DNA from: an uncultured Thermoplasmata archaeon
Lineage (GTDB): Archaea; Thermoplasmatota; Thermoplasmata; RBG-16-68-12
Direction of reading: 5' to 3'
Length of the DNA stretch: 64,000 bases
Assembly: GCA_963768855.1 (NCBI GenBank)
Contig: CAVYJM010000011.1
Location: 352,001-416,000 of the forward strand
Within the stretch, counting starts at the first letter, position 1. The number at the start of each line of letters is the position of its first letter. A model generated the notes under the pieces. It was not told the origin of the DNA. It saw only the letters and a list, made by a program, of their open reading frames with translations, and searched no databases. A program made the translations under genes and the position numbers. Of this stretch, positions 8,960-18,119 are shown piece by piece.

Positions 8960-10294
8960 ATGCCCGATTCCCCCCAGGCATCCCCGCTGGCCGAGCTGGA
9001 GCTCGCCCTCGCGGCGTCTCGCTCGGACCGGGCCGCGGACGCTGTCCTCGCGGCCCTCCGGGAGCACGTCGGGCCGGTCGAACTCCTGCGGACCGCGGCC
9101 CGCGTCGCGGCCTCCCGATACGACGCGGCCTCCCGCCTCGCGCCCCACGCCCTCCCGACCCTCGCGGCCGCGGCCGCCCTGCGGGACGCGATGGATCCGC
9201 GTCACGTCCCGCTCGCCCTCCTCCAGGCCGTCGTCCTCGTGGCCGCGGAGAAGAAGCTCCCGGCCCCGCAACGGCCGCCGGCCGTGGTCTCCGGGGAGAT
9301 CACCCACCTGGGCCGCTCCGCCCTCTTGGCCCTCCGCGCAGGCAACCTGTCCGATGCGGAGCCGATCTTCCTGGGGATCGTCGACGAGGGGTGGGAACGC
9401 CGGATGGCGGGGGAGATCCTGTTCCGCGCGGCCGTCGAGGATCCCGGCGAGGGCGGTCACAAGCTCCTCGCGGCCGTCGCGACGTGGCGCCTCGCGCGCG
9501 CGCTGGGCTTCCGCGATGCCCGCACCCTCCTGCGCCCGGCGGTCCAGTATCTCGTGAACGGCGAACCTGCGAAAAGGTCCTATGCGGTAACGATGACCCT
9601 CCTGGGGAAGGAGCGGGCGGACCTCGACACCCTCGCGTCCGGAGGAAGACCCCTCGACGAGCCCGCGCGCGGACGTCTGGCCACCGCGCTCGCGACCCCC
9701 ACGGACGAGGCCTGCGCCGCGGCGATCCTGGGGATGCTGCGCGACGGATACGCGGCGTCCTCCCTCGCACTGGGCATCGGAATCGAGGCGTCCAAGCGGC
9801 TCCTGGCTTCGGAGGGCTACCACCCCGAGCTCGCGCACGTGCTCCTCTGCGCCCACTCCGCCCGGTTCGCCCTCGAGTTCACCCGTTCGAGCGACCGCGT
9901 TTACGCCCTCTTCCGCGCCGCGCTGCGCGTCCGTTCCCCGGCGCCGCACCTCCCCTCCGTCGCCGTCGCCGAGGTCGTGGGCGAGGACGCCGCCCTGAAG
10001 CAGGTCGTTGAGGACCTCGCGTCCCGGAGGCCCCGCGAGGCCGCGGCGCACGTGCGCGTCTACCTGGCGCGCGGCCATCCTGCATCGCGCCTCGTCCCGG
10101 TCCTAGCCTACCACGCAGCCCTGGATTCCTCCCTCGCGAACCAGGGCCACAACCTGCAGCTCGCGGACGCCTGCGTCTCGGAGCACGCCGCGACGGGGGC
10201 CCCCGAGTTCCTCATGGCCCTCGCGAAGAGCGTCGCCGCCTCGCCCAAGGACGTGACCGCCTCGAAGGCGTGGGCCGCGGCCCTCGGCCTCTGA
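8960..10294 (+). CDS. Alanine-rich all-alpha hypothetical protein with four His-containing internal repeats
   Basis: 444-aa ORF filling the gap between VIT copy 2 and rfcS, with abutting convergent stop; no family recognised. Confidence 0.7.
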   Translation: MPDSPQASPLAELELALAASRSDRAADAVLAALREHVGPVELLRTAARVAASRYDAASRLAPHALPTLAAAAALRDAMDPRHVPLALLQAVVLVAAEKKLPAPQRPPAVVSGEITHLGRSALLALRAGNLSDAEPIFLGIVDEGWERRMAGEILFRAAVEDPGEGGHKLLAAVATWRLARALGFRDARTLLRPAVQYLVNGEPAKRSYAVTMTLLGKERADLDTLASGGRPLDEPARGRLATALATPTDEACAAAILGMLRDGYAASSLALGIGIEASKRLLASEGYHPELAHVLLCAHSARFALEFTRSSDRVYALFRAALRVRSPAPHLPSVAVAEVVGEDAALKQVVEDLASRRPREAAAHVRVYLARGHPASRLVPVLAYHAALDSSLANQGHNLQLADACVSEHAATGAPEFLMALAKSVAASPKDVTASKAWAAALGL

Positions 10295-11257
10295 CTACTT
10301 CTTGATCTCCTGGCCGACGAGGGCGAAGTGCGCGAGCAAGGCCTCGATCTGGATCCGCTCGTTGCTGCCTTCGACGAGCCGGTAGTCCGTCTCGCCGATG
10401 CGGTCCAGGAGCCGCACCTTGATTTCGTCGGGCACGTTGAGGTCGAAGACGGACCGGTGCAGCTGGCGCACGACGTCCTCCCCGGAGACGCCGTACTCGA
10501 TGAGCAGCTTGTCGAGGACCTCGCGCGCCTTCAGGAACTCCCCGGCGAGGGCGCGCTCGACGATCTTCTTGACCTCCTCCGGGCGGATCGTGCTGGCCAC
10601 CTTGTACAGGGCGTCCGCGTCGATTGTCGAGCTCAGGGAGGCCGCGACCTGCAGCGAGTTCACCGCGCGCCGCATGTCCCCCTCGGAGATGTACACGAGG
10701 GCTTCCATGCCATCGTCCGTGATCTTCAGCTTCTCCGCCTTCGCGATTCGCGCCAGGTACGCCCGAATCGCCTCCGGCTTCAGCGGACGGAAGCGGAAGA
10801 CCGCGCACCGCGACTGGATCGGCTCGATGATCCGCGAGGAGTAATTCGCGGAGAGGATGAACCGCGAAGTCTTCGAGTACGTCTCCATCGTGCGACGCAG
10901 GGCCGCCTGGGCGTCCGCGGTCAGGTTGTCCGCCTCATCGAGGAAGAGCAATTTGAAGTCCGTGCCGCCGAGGGGCGCGAGGCGGGCGATCTCCTTGATC
11001 TTCGTTCGGACCGTGTCGATCCCGCGTTCATCCGACGCATTGAGCTCGTAGTAGTTCTGCCGCCAGGTCTCGCCGAACAGGTCGCGGGAGAGCGCCATGG
11101 CGCTCGTCGTCTTGCCCGTGCCCGCGGGTCCGGCAAACAGGAGGTGCGGCAGGTTCCGGGAATCGCGGTAGGCCTTGAGCCTCTCCACGATTTCGTCCTG
11201 ACCGACGATATCCTCGAGGGTCTTTGGTCGGTACTTCTCGACCCAGATCTCCTTCAT
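10295..11257 (-). CDS. rfcS: Replication factor C small subunit (no intein)
   Basis: WVEKYRP, GPAGTGKT, ELNASDERG, LDEAD, IQSRC, GDMRRAVN. Confidence 0.97.
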   Translation of the reverse strand: MKEIWVEKYRPKTLEDIVGQDEIVERLKAYRDSRNLPHLLFAGPAGTGKTTSAMALSRDLFGETWRQNYYELNASDERGIDTVRTKIKEIARLAPLGGTDFKLLFLDEADNLTADAQAALRRTMETYSKTSRFILSANYSSRIIEPIQSRCAVFRFRPLKPEAIRAYLARIAKAEKLKITDDGMEALVYISEGDMRRAVNSLQVAASLSSTIDADALYKVASTIRPEEVKKIVERALAGEFLKAREVLDKLLIEYGVSGEDVVRQLHRSVFDLNVPDEIKVRLLDRIGETDYRLVEGSNERIQIEALLAHFALVGQEIKK

Positions 11258-11469
11258 CCTGGCCCCAACGTCCGCGGCATCCGGCGGGAGCGTAATAACC
11301 CTTTGCCGGAGGGCCCCGATTGGGACCTTTGGCGTCCCGCCGGTGAGAACCGCTAGGAAGGTTTCAAGACACCTAAATCACATCGACCAGGAGATAGCAT
11401 AGGCCCGCCGGGTCGTCCGGGAGAAGCCGAGGTGCCCCTCCCGCCGCTCCTGCGGAGAGGGACGCTACG

Positions 11470-12306
11470 ATGAAGATCCTGATCGCGGACGACGATGAGC
11501 TGCTGCGGGAGCTCTTGGCGGAGTTCCTTCGGGACCACGGCCACTCGGTCGATCTCGCGAACGATGGGACCGAGGCCCTCGAACGTCTGCGCACAGGCTC
11601 GTACGAGGTTGCGTTCCTCGACTACGCCATGCCTGGCATGTCCGGAATGGAGGTCATCCGCGCCGCGCGCGAGGCGGTTCCGCAAACGGCCTGCGTGATG
11701 ATGACCGGGCACACGAGCGTCACGACGGCCGTGGAGGCGATCAAGTCCGGAGCGAGTGACTTCGTCGCAAAGCCGCTCGAACCAGAGGCGATCGACCGCG
11801 TCCTGGAGAGCGTGAAGACGGCCACCCGAGCGCGGGAGGCGGCCGGGGTACGCTCCCGCGCGAGCGGTCTCTCCCGCCAGCCCGAGATTCGCGCCGCCTT
11901 CCTCACCGACCACGCAGGCCTCCTCATCGCCTCCCGGGTGGACCCGGAAGAGGGCATGGTGGACGGGGATCTCTTCAGCGCGACGCTCGACGTCATCCAG
12001 AACTTCATGCGCACTTCCTTCCCGGTGCTCCGCGGCCGCTCCCTGTCGGCCATCCACCAGGGCGACTGCACCCTCGTGCTCGAGCCCGGCGACCAGGCGC
12101 TCCTCACGGTCCTCGTCCAGGGGCGGGAGACCGAGTCCCTACGGCGTCGGATGCGGAAGGTCCTGCGGGACTTCGAGGTCCAGAACGAAGGGCGACTCCA
12201 AGCCGGTCTCGTCCACACGGACGCGGTCCGTGGAGCGGAGGAGCTGATGTCGAGGATCATGGTCAGCGGCGATTCGCACTCCGCCCGGCCACCGCGCGCC
12301 CCCTAG
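11470..12306 (+). CDS. Response regulator receiver (REC) fused to a longin-like output domain
   Basis: ILIADDD, FLDYAMPGMSG, MMTG, FVAKP intact; C-terminal DLFSATLDVIQNFMRTSFP domain shared with 21208 and 22388 genes. Confidence 0.88.
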   Translation: MKILIADDDELLRELLAEFLRDHGHSVDLANDGTEALERLRTGSYEVAFLDYAMPGMSGMEVIRAAREAVPQTACVMMTGHTSVTTAVEAIKSGASDFVAKPLEPEAIDRVLESVKTATRAREAAGVRSRASGLSRQPEIRAAFLTDHAGLLIASRVDPEEGMVDGDLFSATLDVIQNFMRTSFPVLRGRSLSAIHQGDCTLVLEPGDQALLTVLVQGRETESLRRRMRKVLRDFEVQNEGRLQAGLVHTDAVRGAEELMSRIMVSGDSHSARPPRAP

Positions 12307-13301
12307 AGGCGAAGGTGGAGAGCCGCGAGGACCTCTTCGATCGGGTTCAGGATCGTCGTCGTGGCCCCGCCGGCGAAGAGCAGGCCGACGGCCCGGTTGG
12401 CGTCGTCGAGGATGAGGGATCCGCTGTCGCCGCCTCGGGACAGGATGTCGCCCACGACCTGGCGCCGGAAGAGGGCGGTCTTCCCGCCGTAGTCGACTTC
12501 GACGGAGGCGTCCAGCGCCGTGATCCGACCCCGCGTCAACCCGGTCGTGCGCCCGCTCTTCTTGACCCGCGTGCCGATTTCCGCTTGGGCGGTCCCCGAG
12601 ACCCGCCCCACTTCGAGGATGTCCGGGGCCACGAGGTCCGTTGCGAGCGGCCGGGCCAAGGCCGCATCGACCACGTTCGTGTTCGCGGATGGCAGGCGGC
12701 GCACCCCGAGCCCGATGGGCGCCAGGAGTGGTCCGAGCGCCCGTTCCAGGAGGCGTCCCAGTCCGCCCAGATCCTGCTCGCGAAACTGGATCGGGACGAA
12801 CTCGACGAGCTCCGCGATCGCATCCTGCGGACGCCCTCCGTCGTACGGACCGGGCTGAAGGATTCGGTCGCCCACCTTGGCCTCGTTGCTGTTTGCGAGC
12901 ACGTGGTTGTTCGAGAGGATGACCGCCTCGCCCGACGTCCGCCGCGCGAGGACGCCCAGCGTCCCTGCGGTGACCCGCTCATGGGCGATGCTCACGCCGC
13001 CCGGCGCGGGCCGGACCTTGGCGGTGTGACTCACCGCGAGCGTCTCGAGGAGGGGCAGGGCCCGGAACCGCCCGGTCTCCACGACGTCCGTCCGGATGCC
13101 GTCGAGGGCCTTCGGCACGAGGTCCCTCCGCCGCAGGCGGTCCTCGTCCTCCTTATGGTCCACATAGACGACGACGCACGGCTCGTCGCTCTCGCGACCT
13201 CCGGTGACCTTGCGGCCCACCGCCACGCCGACCACGTTCGCGCGGTCGAAGAGCTCCGCCTCGTACGCGGCCTTCGCCTCGCGTGCCCCGTCGAAGGCCA
13301 T
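12303..13301 (-). CDS. Trypsin-like serine protease (NAL1-like), no signal peptide
   Basis: Catalytic triad contexts ILSNNHVL (H), VDAALA (D), GGDSGS (S); TAGTLG; KSGRTTGLT. Confidence 0.85.
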   Translation of the reverse strand: MAFDGAREAKAAYEAELFDRANVVGVAVGRKVTGGRESDEPCVVVYVDHKEDEDRLRRRDLVPKALDGIRTDVVETGRFRALPLLETLAVSHTAKVRPAPGGVSIAHERVTAGTLGVLARRTSGEAVILSNNHVLANSNEAKVGDRILQPGPYDGGRPQDAIAELVEFVPIQFREQDLGGLGRLLERALGPLLAPIGLGVRRLPSANTNVVDAALARPLATDLVAPDILEVGRVSGTAQAEIGTRVKKSGRTTGLTRGRITALDASVEVDYGGKTALFRRQVVGDILSRGGDSGSLILDDANRAVGLLFAGGATTTILNPIEEVLAALHLRL

Positions 13302-13305
13302 GCGA

Positions 13306-13596
13306 TCACTTCTCGTGGGAGCGGAACGCGCTGATCTCCAGGAGGCCTTCGCCGAGCTTCCCGCCCGCGGTGATCCCCGCGACCCGGACGATCATGTTCG
13401 CGACGAAGCCCAGGAAGATGCCGATGCCGTAGTACGCGAGCAGGTCCTTCGCGTACAGCCACGAGATCAGGCTCACGCCGAACCCGATCACGAAGAACGC
13501 GGCGAACGCGCCCCACTGGACCTTGTACCTCCGCACCGCGAAGAGGAGGAACCAGCCCAGGACCGAGCCCATGAGCAGGATGCCGACTTGGTTCAC
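13306..13596 (-). CDS. Small membrane protein (3 TM), upstream of the protease in an operon
   Basis: 96 aa, three hydrophobic segments; stop 4 nt from protease ATG. Confidence 0.75.
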   Translation of the reverse strand: MNQVGILLMGSVLGWFLLFAVRRYKVQWGAFAAFFVIGFGVSLISWLYAKDLLAYYGIGIFLGFVANMIVRVAGITAGGKLGEGLLEISAFRSHEK

Positions 13597-13832
13597 ATCG
13601 ATCGAGATCCCTCCGGATGGGGTCGCCGAGTCGACGGACGTTGGATAAACGGACCTCCGCGGTTCTCATGCGCAGTAACCGCGGCGCGTCCGGCTGCCGA
13701 TATCCGACAACCTCTGGCACCGCGTCTTGAGGCCCTCTCGCAACCCGCGCCGAAGCCGGCGCACTCCCTGCCGGTCAGTAGCGGCGTCCCGAAATCCTGA
13801 AGCTTTCTCAACATCCTCCGGGCGTCGGAGGG

Positions 13833-14924
13833 TTGCCCACGTCTGCATCCCGATTCTGTCCGAACTGCGGCCGGCCCCTGTCTCCCGAACACCGATTCTG
13901 CCCGGCGTGCGGAACCGCCACGGGAGGCGCGGCCGCGACGCCGATTGCCGCTCCGCCCGCGGCGCCTCGTCCCGCTTATCCGCTATACCCTGGGTATCCG
14001 CCGTATCCCGCCTATCCACCAGGCTACTGGCAGCCGCGCCGGATGGCAGACTTCTCCAACATGTTCTCCGGCGTCTTCAACGTCTGGACGAAGAACTTCC
14101 TCGAGTTCTTCGTCGTCTACGTCCTCCTGGCGGCCGTGATCCTGGGCCTCACCGACTTGGGCGGGATTCTCCTCCTGCACACGCCGGTCCTCAGCGGAGC
14201 ATTCGGTGGGGTCACGACCGTGCCCAGTTTCACGAGCCTCGACCTCGGCGCGTTCGTTGCCTACGAGCTTCTCGTCGCCCTCGTCTCCTGGTTCTTCGGG
14301 AGCATCGCGATCGGGTCGATGACGGACTTCTCAGTGCGACGGTACCGGGGCGAGAAGGTCCGGCTCGGTGAGTCCTTCTCCCGCGGGTTTCAGAGGTTAC
14401 CGAGCGTGCTCGGTGCCAACTTCCTCGTGACCCTCGCGACGACCGGAGCGATTGTTCTCCCGCTCTTCGTCGCGCTCATGGGCGTCCTTTCGTTCGCCAC
14501 ATCGCCGGGCGTCGCGGTCGGCGTCCTGTGCGGCTTCGTCGTCGCGCTACCCTTCCTCCTGGTCCTCATCCTGTACCTGCTGCTCTCCCTCTTCCTGTAC
14601 GGACCCGCGATTATGGTGGAGGGTGCGGCCGCCGTGGACAGCCTCCAGCGCAGCTGGACCCTCACGAAAGGGTACAAATGGTCCATCTTCGGGACCGCCC
14701 TGATTCTGGGCATCCTGTCGGTTCTCTTCTCGGTCGTCGCTTTCGTCGTTGGGCTCGTGGCGGCGAACGGACTGGTCACCCTGGTGGCTTCCATCCTGCT
14801 GAGCGGCCTTACGGGAGGCTGGTTCACGATTCTGGCGGCGGTCGTGTACCACCTGATCATCCAGGATCAGAGGGCTGCGCCGTGGCCCTGGCCGTATCCG
14901 CCTGCGCCCGTCCCGCCGCGGTGA
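13833..14924 (+). CDS. Zinc-ribbon plus multi-TM membrane protein (DUF975-like)
   Basis: FCPNCG...FCPACG double zinc ribbon, Pro/Tyr-rich linker, about six TM helices, SLQRSWTLTKG motif. Confidence 0.8.
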   Translation: MPTSASRFCPNCGRPLSPEHRFCPACGTATGGAAATPIAAPPAAPRPAYPLYPGYPPYPAYPPGYWQPRRMADFSNMFSGVFNVWTKNFLEFFVVYVLLAAVILGLTDLGGILLLHTPVLSGAFGGVTTVPSFTSLDLGAFVAYELLVALVSWFFGSIAIGSMTDFSVRRYRGEKVRLGESFSRGFQRLPSVLGANFLVTLATTGAIVLPLFVALMGVLSFATSPGVAVGVLCGFVVALPFLLVLILYLLLSLFLYGPAIMVEGAAAVDSLQRSWTLTKGYKWSIFGTALILGILSVLFSVVAFVVGLVAANGLVTLVASILLSGLTGGWFTILAAVVYHLIIQDQRAAPWPWPYPPAPVPPR

Positions 14925-14964
14925 AGCCTGAAGGGTAAAGAACCCGGGCCGCGCTCTCAGCGAC

Positions 14965-15891
14965 GTGCCCTGCAACCGGTGCGACACGCCCGCGGTCCTC
15001 TTCATCCGGTACAGCGGCGCCCACCTGTGCGCCAAGCATTTCCAGGAATACGTGGAGCACCGCGTGAAGCAGGAGATCCGCCGCGAGCTTGACCTGACGG
15101 GCGACCCGACGACGATCGCGGTCGGGCTCTCCGGCGGCAAGGACAGCAGCACGACCCTCGTACTCCTCCATGAGTACCTGGGCCGCCGGCCGGACGTGAC
15201 CCTCGCGGCGATCACGGTCGACGAGGGCATCGCGGGCTACCGGCCTCCGAGCCTGGAGTCGGCGCGCGCCCTCTGCGAAAACCTGGGCGTCCCGCATCAC
15301 GTGATTGCCTATCGGGAGAGCCAAGGATTCGAGATGGACCGAGTGGTCCGCGTCGATCCAGACGCGATCCCGTGCAGCTACTGCGGCGTCTTCCGTCGGG
15401 CCGCGCTGAACGAGAAGGCCAAGGAGATCGGCGCAAACTTCCTCGCGACGGGCCTCAACCTGGACGACACGGCCGAGTCCATCCTGATGAACGTGGCGCG
15501 GGGCGACGTGGAGCGCCTCGCCCGCCTCGGCCCGCACGAGCATGTCCAGCCCGGTCTCGTCCCGAGGCTCCAGCCCCTGCGGATGATCCCCGAGCTCGAG
15601 GTCTACCTGTACGCGTACCTGCGGAAGATCCCGTTCCACGATGCGGAGTGTCCGTATGCCGCGAGGGCGCAGCGCGGACGGTTCAAGGAGATCGTGCACC
15701 GCCTCGAGGCGGAGAGCCCGGGGACACGCCACGCGATCGTGCGCGGCTACGACGAACTGAGGCCGGTTCTCCTGTCCGCGTGGCCTCCCGCGACCCTCCG
15801 CACGTGCACGAGTTGCGGCGAGCCGACAGTCCACGAGATGTGCAAGGCGTGCGAGCTCCGGCTGCACCTCGAGTCGCTCGCCGGTGCGTGA
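14965..15891 (+). CDS. ncsA: tRNA 2-thiolation protein (TIGR00269/NcsA/TtuA family)
   Basis: N-terminal CxxC..CxxH zinc finger, PP-loop SGGKDS, CSYCGVFRR, C-terminal CxxC..CxxC; GTG start. Confidence 0.9.
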   Translation: MPCNRCDTPAVLFIRYSGAHLCAKHFQEYVEHRVKQEIRRELDLTGDPTTIAVGLSGGKDSSTTLVLLHEYLGRRPDVTLAAITVDEGIAGYRPPSLESARALCENLGVPHHVIAYRESQGFEMDRVVRVDPDAIPCSYCGVFRRAALNEKAKEIGANFLATGLNLDDTAESILMNVARGDVERLARLGPHEHVQPGLVPRLQPLRMIPELEVYLYAYLRKIPFHDAECPYAARAQRGRFKEIVHRLEAESPGTRHAIVRGYDELRPVLLSAWPPATLRTCTSCGEPTVHEMCKACELRLHLESLAGA

Positions 15892-15903
15892 TCGTCACGC
15901 GCC

Positions 15904-17202
15904 TCAGCGGTGCAGCGCCATCGTCGCGGCGCGTGAGCGACCGACGGACGCGATGTCGACGCGAACCTTGAGCGCCGACTCCAGGTACGCCAGGTAGCGG
16001 CGCACCGGGGGCGGGAGCGCCCGCGAGCCCTTCTTCGCGATTCGGATCCAATCATCCTCAGGGAGTTCGGGCCAGCCCTTGAAGTCGCGGTACACGGGTT
16101 CGGCCTCCGCGAGGACCTTCGTCGAGGCGGGGAACTCCTTCACGGTCGTCCCGTGGTGGCGGTACGCCGTGCAGACCCGGATCCGGTCGAGACCGCCGAG
16201 CACGTCGAGCTTGGTCACCGCGAGACCCGTGAGCCCGTTCACCCGCACGGCCGCGCGGAGCATGACGAGGTCGATCCATCCGACCCGCCGCGGCCGATGC
16301 GTCGTCGTCCCGTACTCGCCTCCCCCGGTCTCTCGGAGATGGGTGGCCACGTCATCCTGTTGTTCCGTGGGAAAGGGCCCCGCGCCGACGCGGGAGGTGA
16401 ACGCCTTCGCGACGCCGAGGATCGTGTCGAGGTATCGGGGGGAGACGCCCGCGCCGGTCGCCGCCGCCCCCGCGGTACAGTTGCTCGAGGTGCCGTACGG
16501 GTAGATGCCGTGGTCGATGCAGAGGAGCGTCCCCTGGGCGCCCTCGAAGAGGACCCGCTTGCGCCGCTTCAGCATCCCGTCCAGGAGCACGGAGGTGTCC
16601 GTGACGAAGGGCGCGAGCCTCTTGCCGTACAGCGCGTACTCCGTGTAGATCGCCTCGAGGTCGAGGACGTCCGTGCCGCCGTAGGCCTGGATGAGCCGCT
16701 GCTTGATCGGGACGACGAGGGAGAGCCTCTCGCGCAGGGCGTCCGGATCCACGAGGTCGCACATCCGCAGGCCCCACTTGCCCACCTTGTCCTCGAACAC
16801 GGGCGCGATCCCGCGGCGCGTGCTCCCCGCGGCGAGGCTGCCCTTGAGGCCCTCCTCGAGCCCGTCGAGGATCTTGTGGTACGGCATGACGACGTGCGCG
16901 CGGTCGGAGATGCGGAGGTTCTTCGCCGGATGCCCGCGCGCCTCGACCTCGTCGATCTCCGCGAGGAGCTGCCCCGGTTCCACGACGACGCCGCCCGCGA
17001 TCACGTTCAGGGTGCGGGGTCGCAGGATCCCGGACGGCATGAGGTGGAACGCGTAGAGCTCGTCGCCCACCTGGACCGTGTGCCCGGCGTTCGCTCCGCC
17101 CTGAAAGCGAACCACGACGTCGGCCCGCTCCCCGAGGAAGTCGATGATCTTCCCCTTGCCTTCGTCCCCGAATTGGCAGCCCAAGACTACCGTGGCGGGC
17201 AT
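15904..17202 (-). CDS. purA: Adenylosuccinate synthetase
   Basis: QFGDEGKGK, GGANAGHT, EGAQG, RVGAGPFPTE, GTTTHRPRRVGW, TKLDVL. Confidence 0.97.
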   Translation of the reverse strand: MPATVVLGCQFGDEGKGKIIDFLGERADVVVRFQGGANAGHTVQVGDELYAFHLMPSGILRPRTLNVIAGGVVVEPGQLLAEIDEVEARGHPAKNLRISDRAHVVMPYHKILDGLEEGLKGSLAAGSTRRGIAPVFEDKVGKWGLRMCDLVDPDALRERLSLVVPIKQRLIQAYGGTDVLDLEAIYTEYALYGKRLAPFVTDTSVLLDGMLKRRKRVLFEGAQGTLLCIDHGIYPYGTSSNCTAGAAATGAGVSPRYLDTILGVAKAFTSRVGAGPFPTEQQDDVATHLRETGGGEYGTTTHRPRRVGWIDLVMLRAAVRVNGLTGLAVTKLDVLGGLDRIRVCTAYRHHGTTVKEFPASTKVLAEAEPVYRDFKGWPELPEDDWIRIAKKGSRALPPPVRRYLAYLESALKVRVDIASVGRSRAATMALHR

Positions 17203-17390
17203 GGCCGTCCTCGCCGAGAGGATGACCTGGGAGATAAGGAGCTTTCGCCCTCCATCGCCCGGCCGAGCGCCGCGGGTGAAAACGGAACATACTCCGGTCC
17301 GCCTACCGAATGTATTTATCCGCAGCAACCGTTCGCCGTCCCACACCGCTCGGGCCGGGGGGTGCGGGTTCCACGTCGGAGTACATACCA

Positions 17391-18098
17391 CTGGACAGTC
17401 GAGTGCCCACGCGCGTCGCCGGCCTCGATGACCGGCTCGGTGGCGGCATCCCCCGGGGTCACATCGTCCTCGTCGCCGGCCCGCCCGGATCGCTCAAGTC
17501 CACGTTCGCGTACCGGATCCTGTACCAGGAAGCGAAGGAGCACGGCGCCTCCTGCCTCTATCTCTCGATGGAGCAGAGCCGCGCCTCCCTCATCGCGCAG
17601 ATGACCTCCCTGGGGATGGACCCGGAGCAGGTCAAGGGCGTCCACATCATCGACGTCCGCGCCCTCCGCAAGGAGATCGAGGACCTCCGGGAACAGCCGC
17701 GGTGGCTCCTCGGCCTGCGCCGCCAGCTCGGCCGCTACAAGGAGGAGATGGGCTGCGACCTCCTCGCGATCGACAGCCTCGACGCGCTCTACGCGCTCAC
17801 GCCGATGGAGAACCCGCGCAACGAAGTGTTCCATTTCTTCGAGGAGTTGCGGGAGCTCCAGGCAACGACCTTCCTCGTCTCGGAGATGGGCCGCGACGAC
17901 GTGCGCCTCTCGCACTACGGCGTCGAGGAGTTCCTCGCGGACACGATCGTCCACCTGCGCCTCCGGGAGATCGACATCGGGATGAGCACCTCCGTCCGCC
18001 GATACATCGGCGTGGTGAAGATGCGCGGCGTGGACCACGACCTCGACTACTATCCGTTGCTCATTGAGGACGGCGGCTTCGAGATCGTGTCGGAGTGA
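17391..18098 (+). CDS. Single-domain KaiC/RAD55-like ATPase
   Basis: TRVAGLDDRLGGGIP, Walker A GPPGSLKS, Walker B LAIDSL, VVKMRG; start codon uncertain (17391 CTG or 17403 GTG). Confidence 0.88.
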   Translation: MDSRVPTRVAGLDDRLGGGIPRGHIVLVAGPPGSLKSTFAYRILYQEAKEHGASCLYLSMEQSRASLIAQMTSLGMDPEQVKGVHIIDVRALRKEIEDLREQPRWLLGLRRQLGRYKEEMGCDLLAIDSLDALYALTPMENPRNEVFHFFEELRELQATTFLVSEMGRDDVRLSHYGVEEFLADTIVHLRLREIDIGMSTSVRRYIGVVKMRGVDHDLDYYPLLIEDGGFEIVSE

Positions 18099-18119
18099 GA
18101 CCACGCGCGGGGTGGGACC

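Noticed and set aside
8876-10078. 670-aa minus-strand ORF as one long VIT1 fusion protein
   Set aside because: The N-terminal 400 aa is the antisense shadow of the 8960..10294 gene; only the last 269 aa align with the VIT paralog
17391-18098. Circadian clock KaiC
   Set aside because: Single domain, no C-terminal ST phosphosites recognisable, no kaiA/kaiB; fits the archaeal KaiC/RAD55-like signalling family
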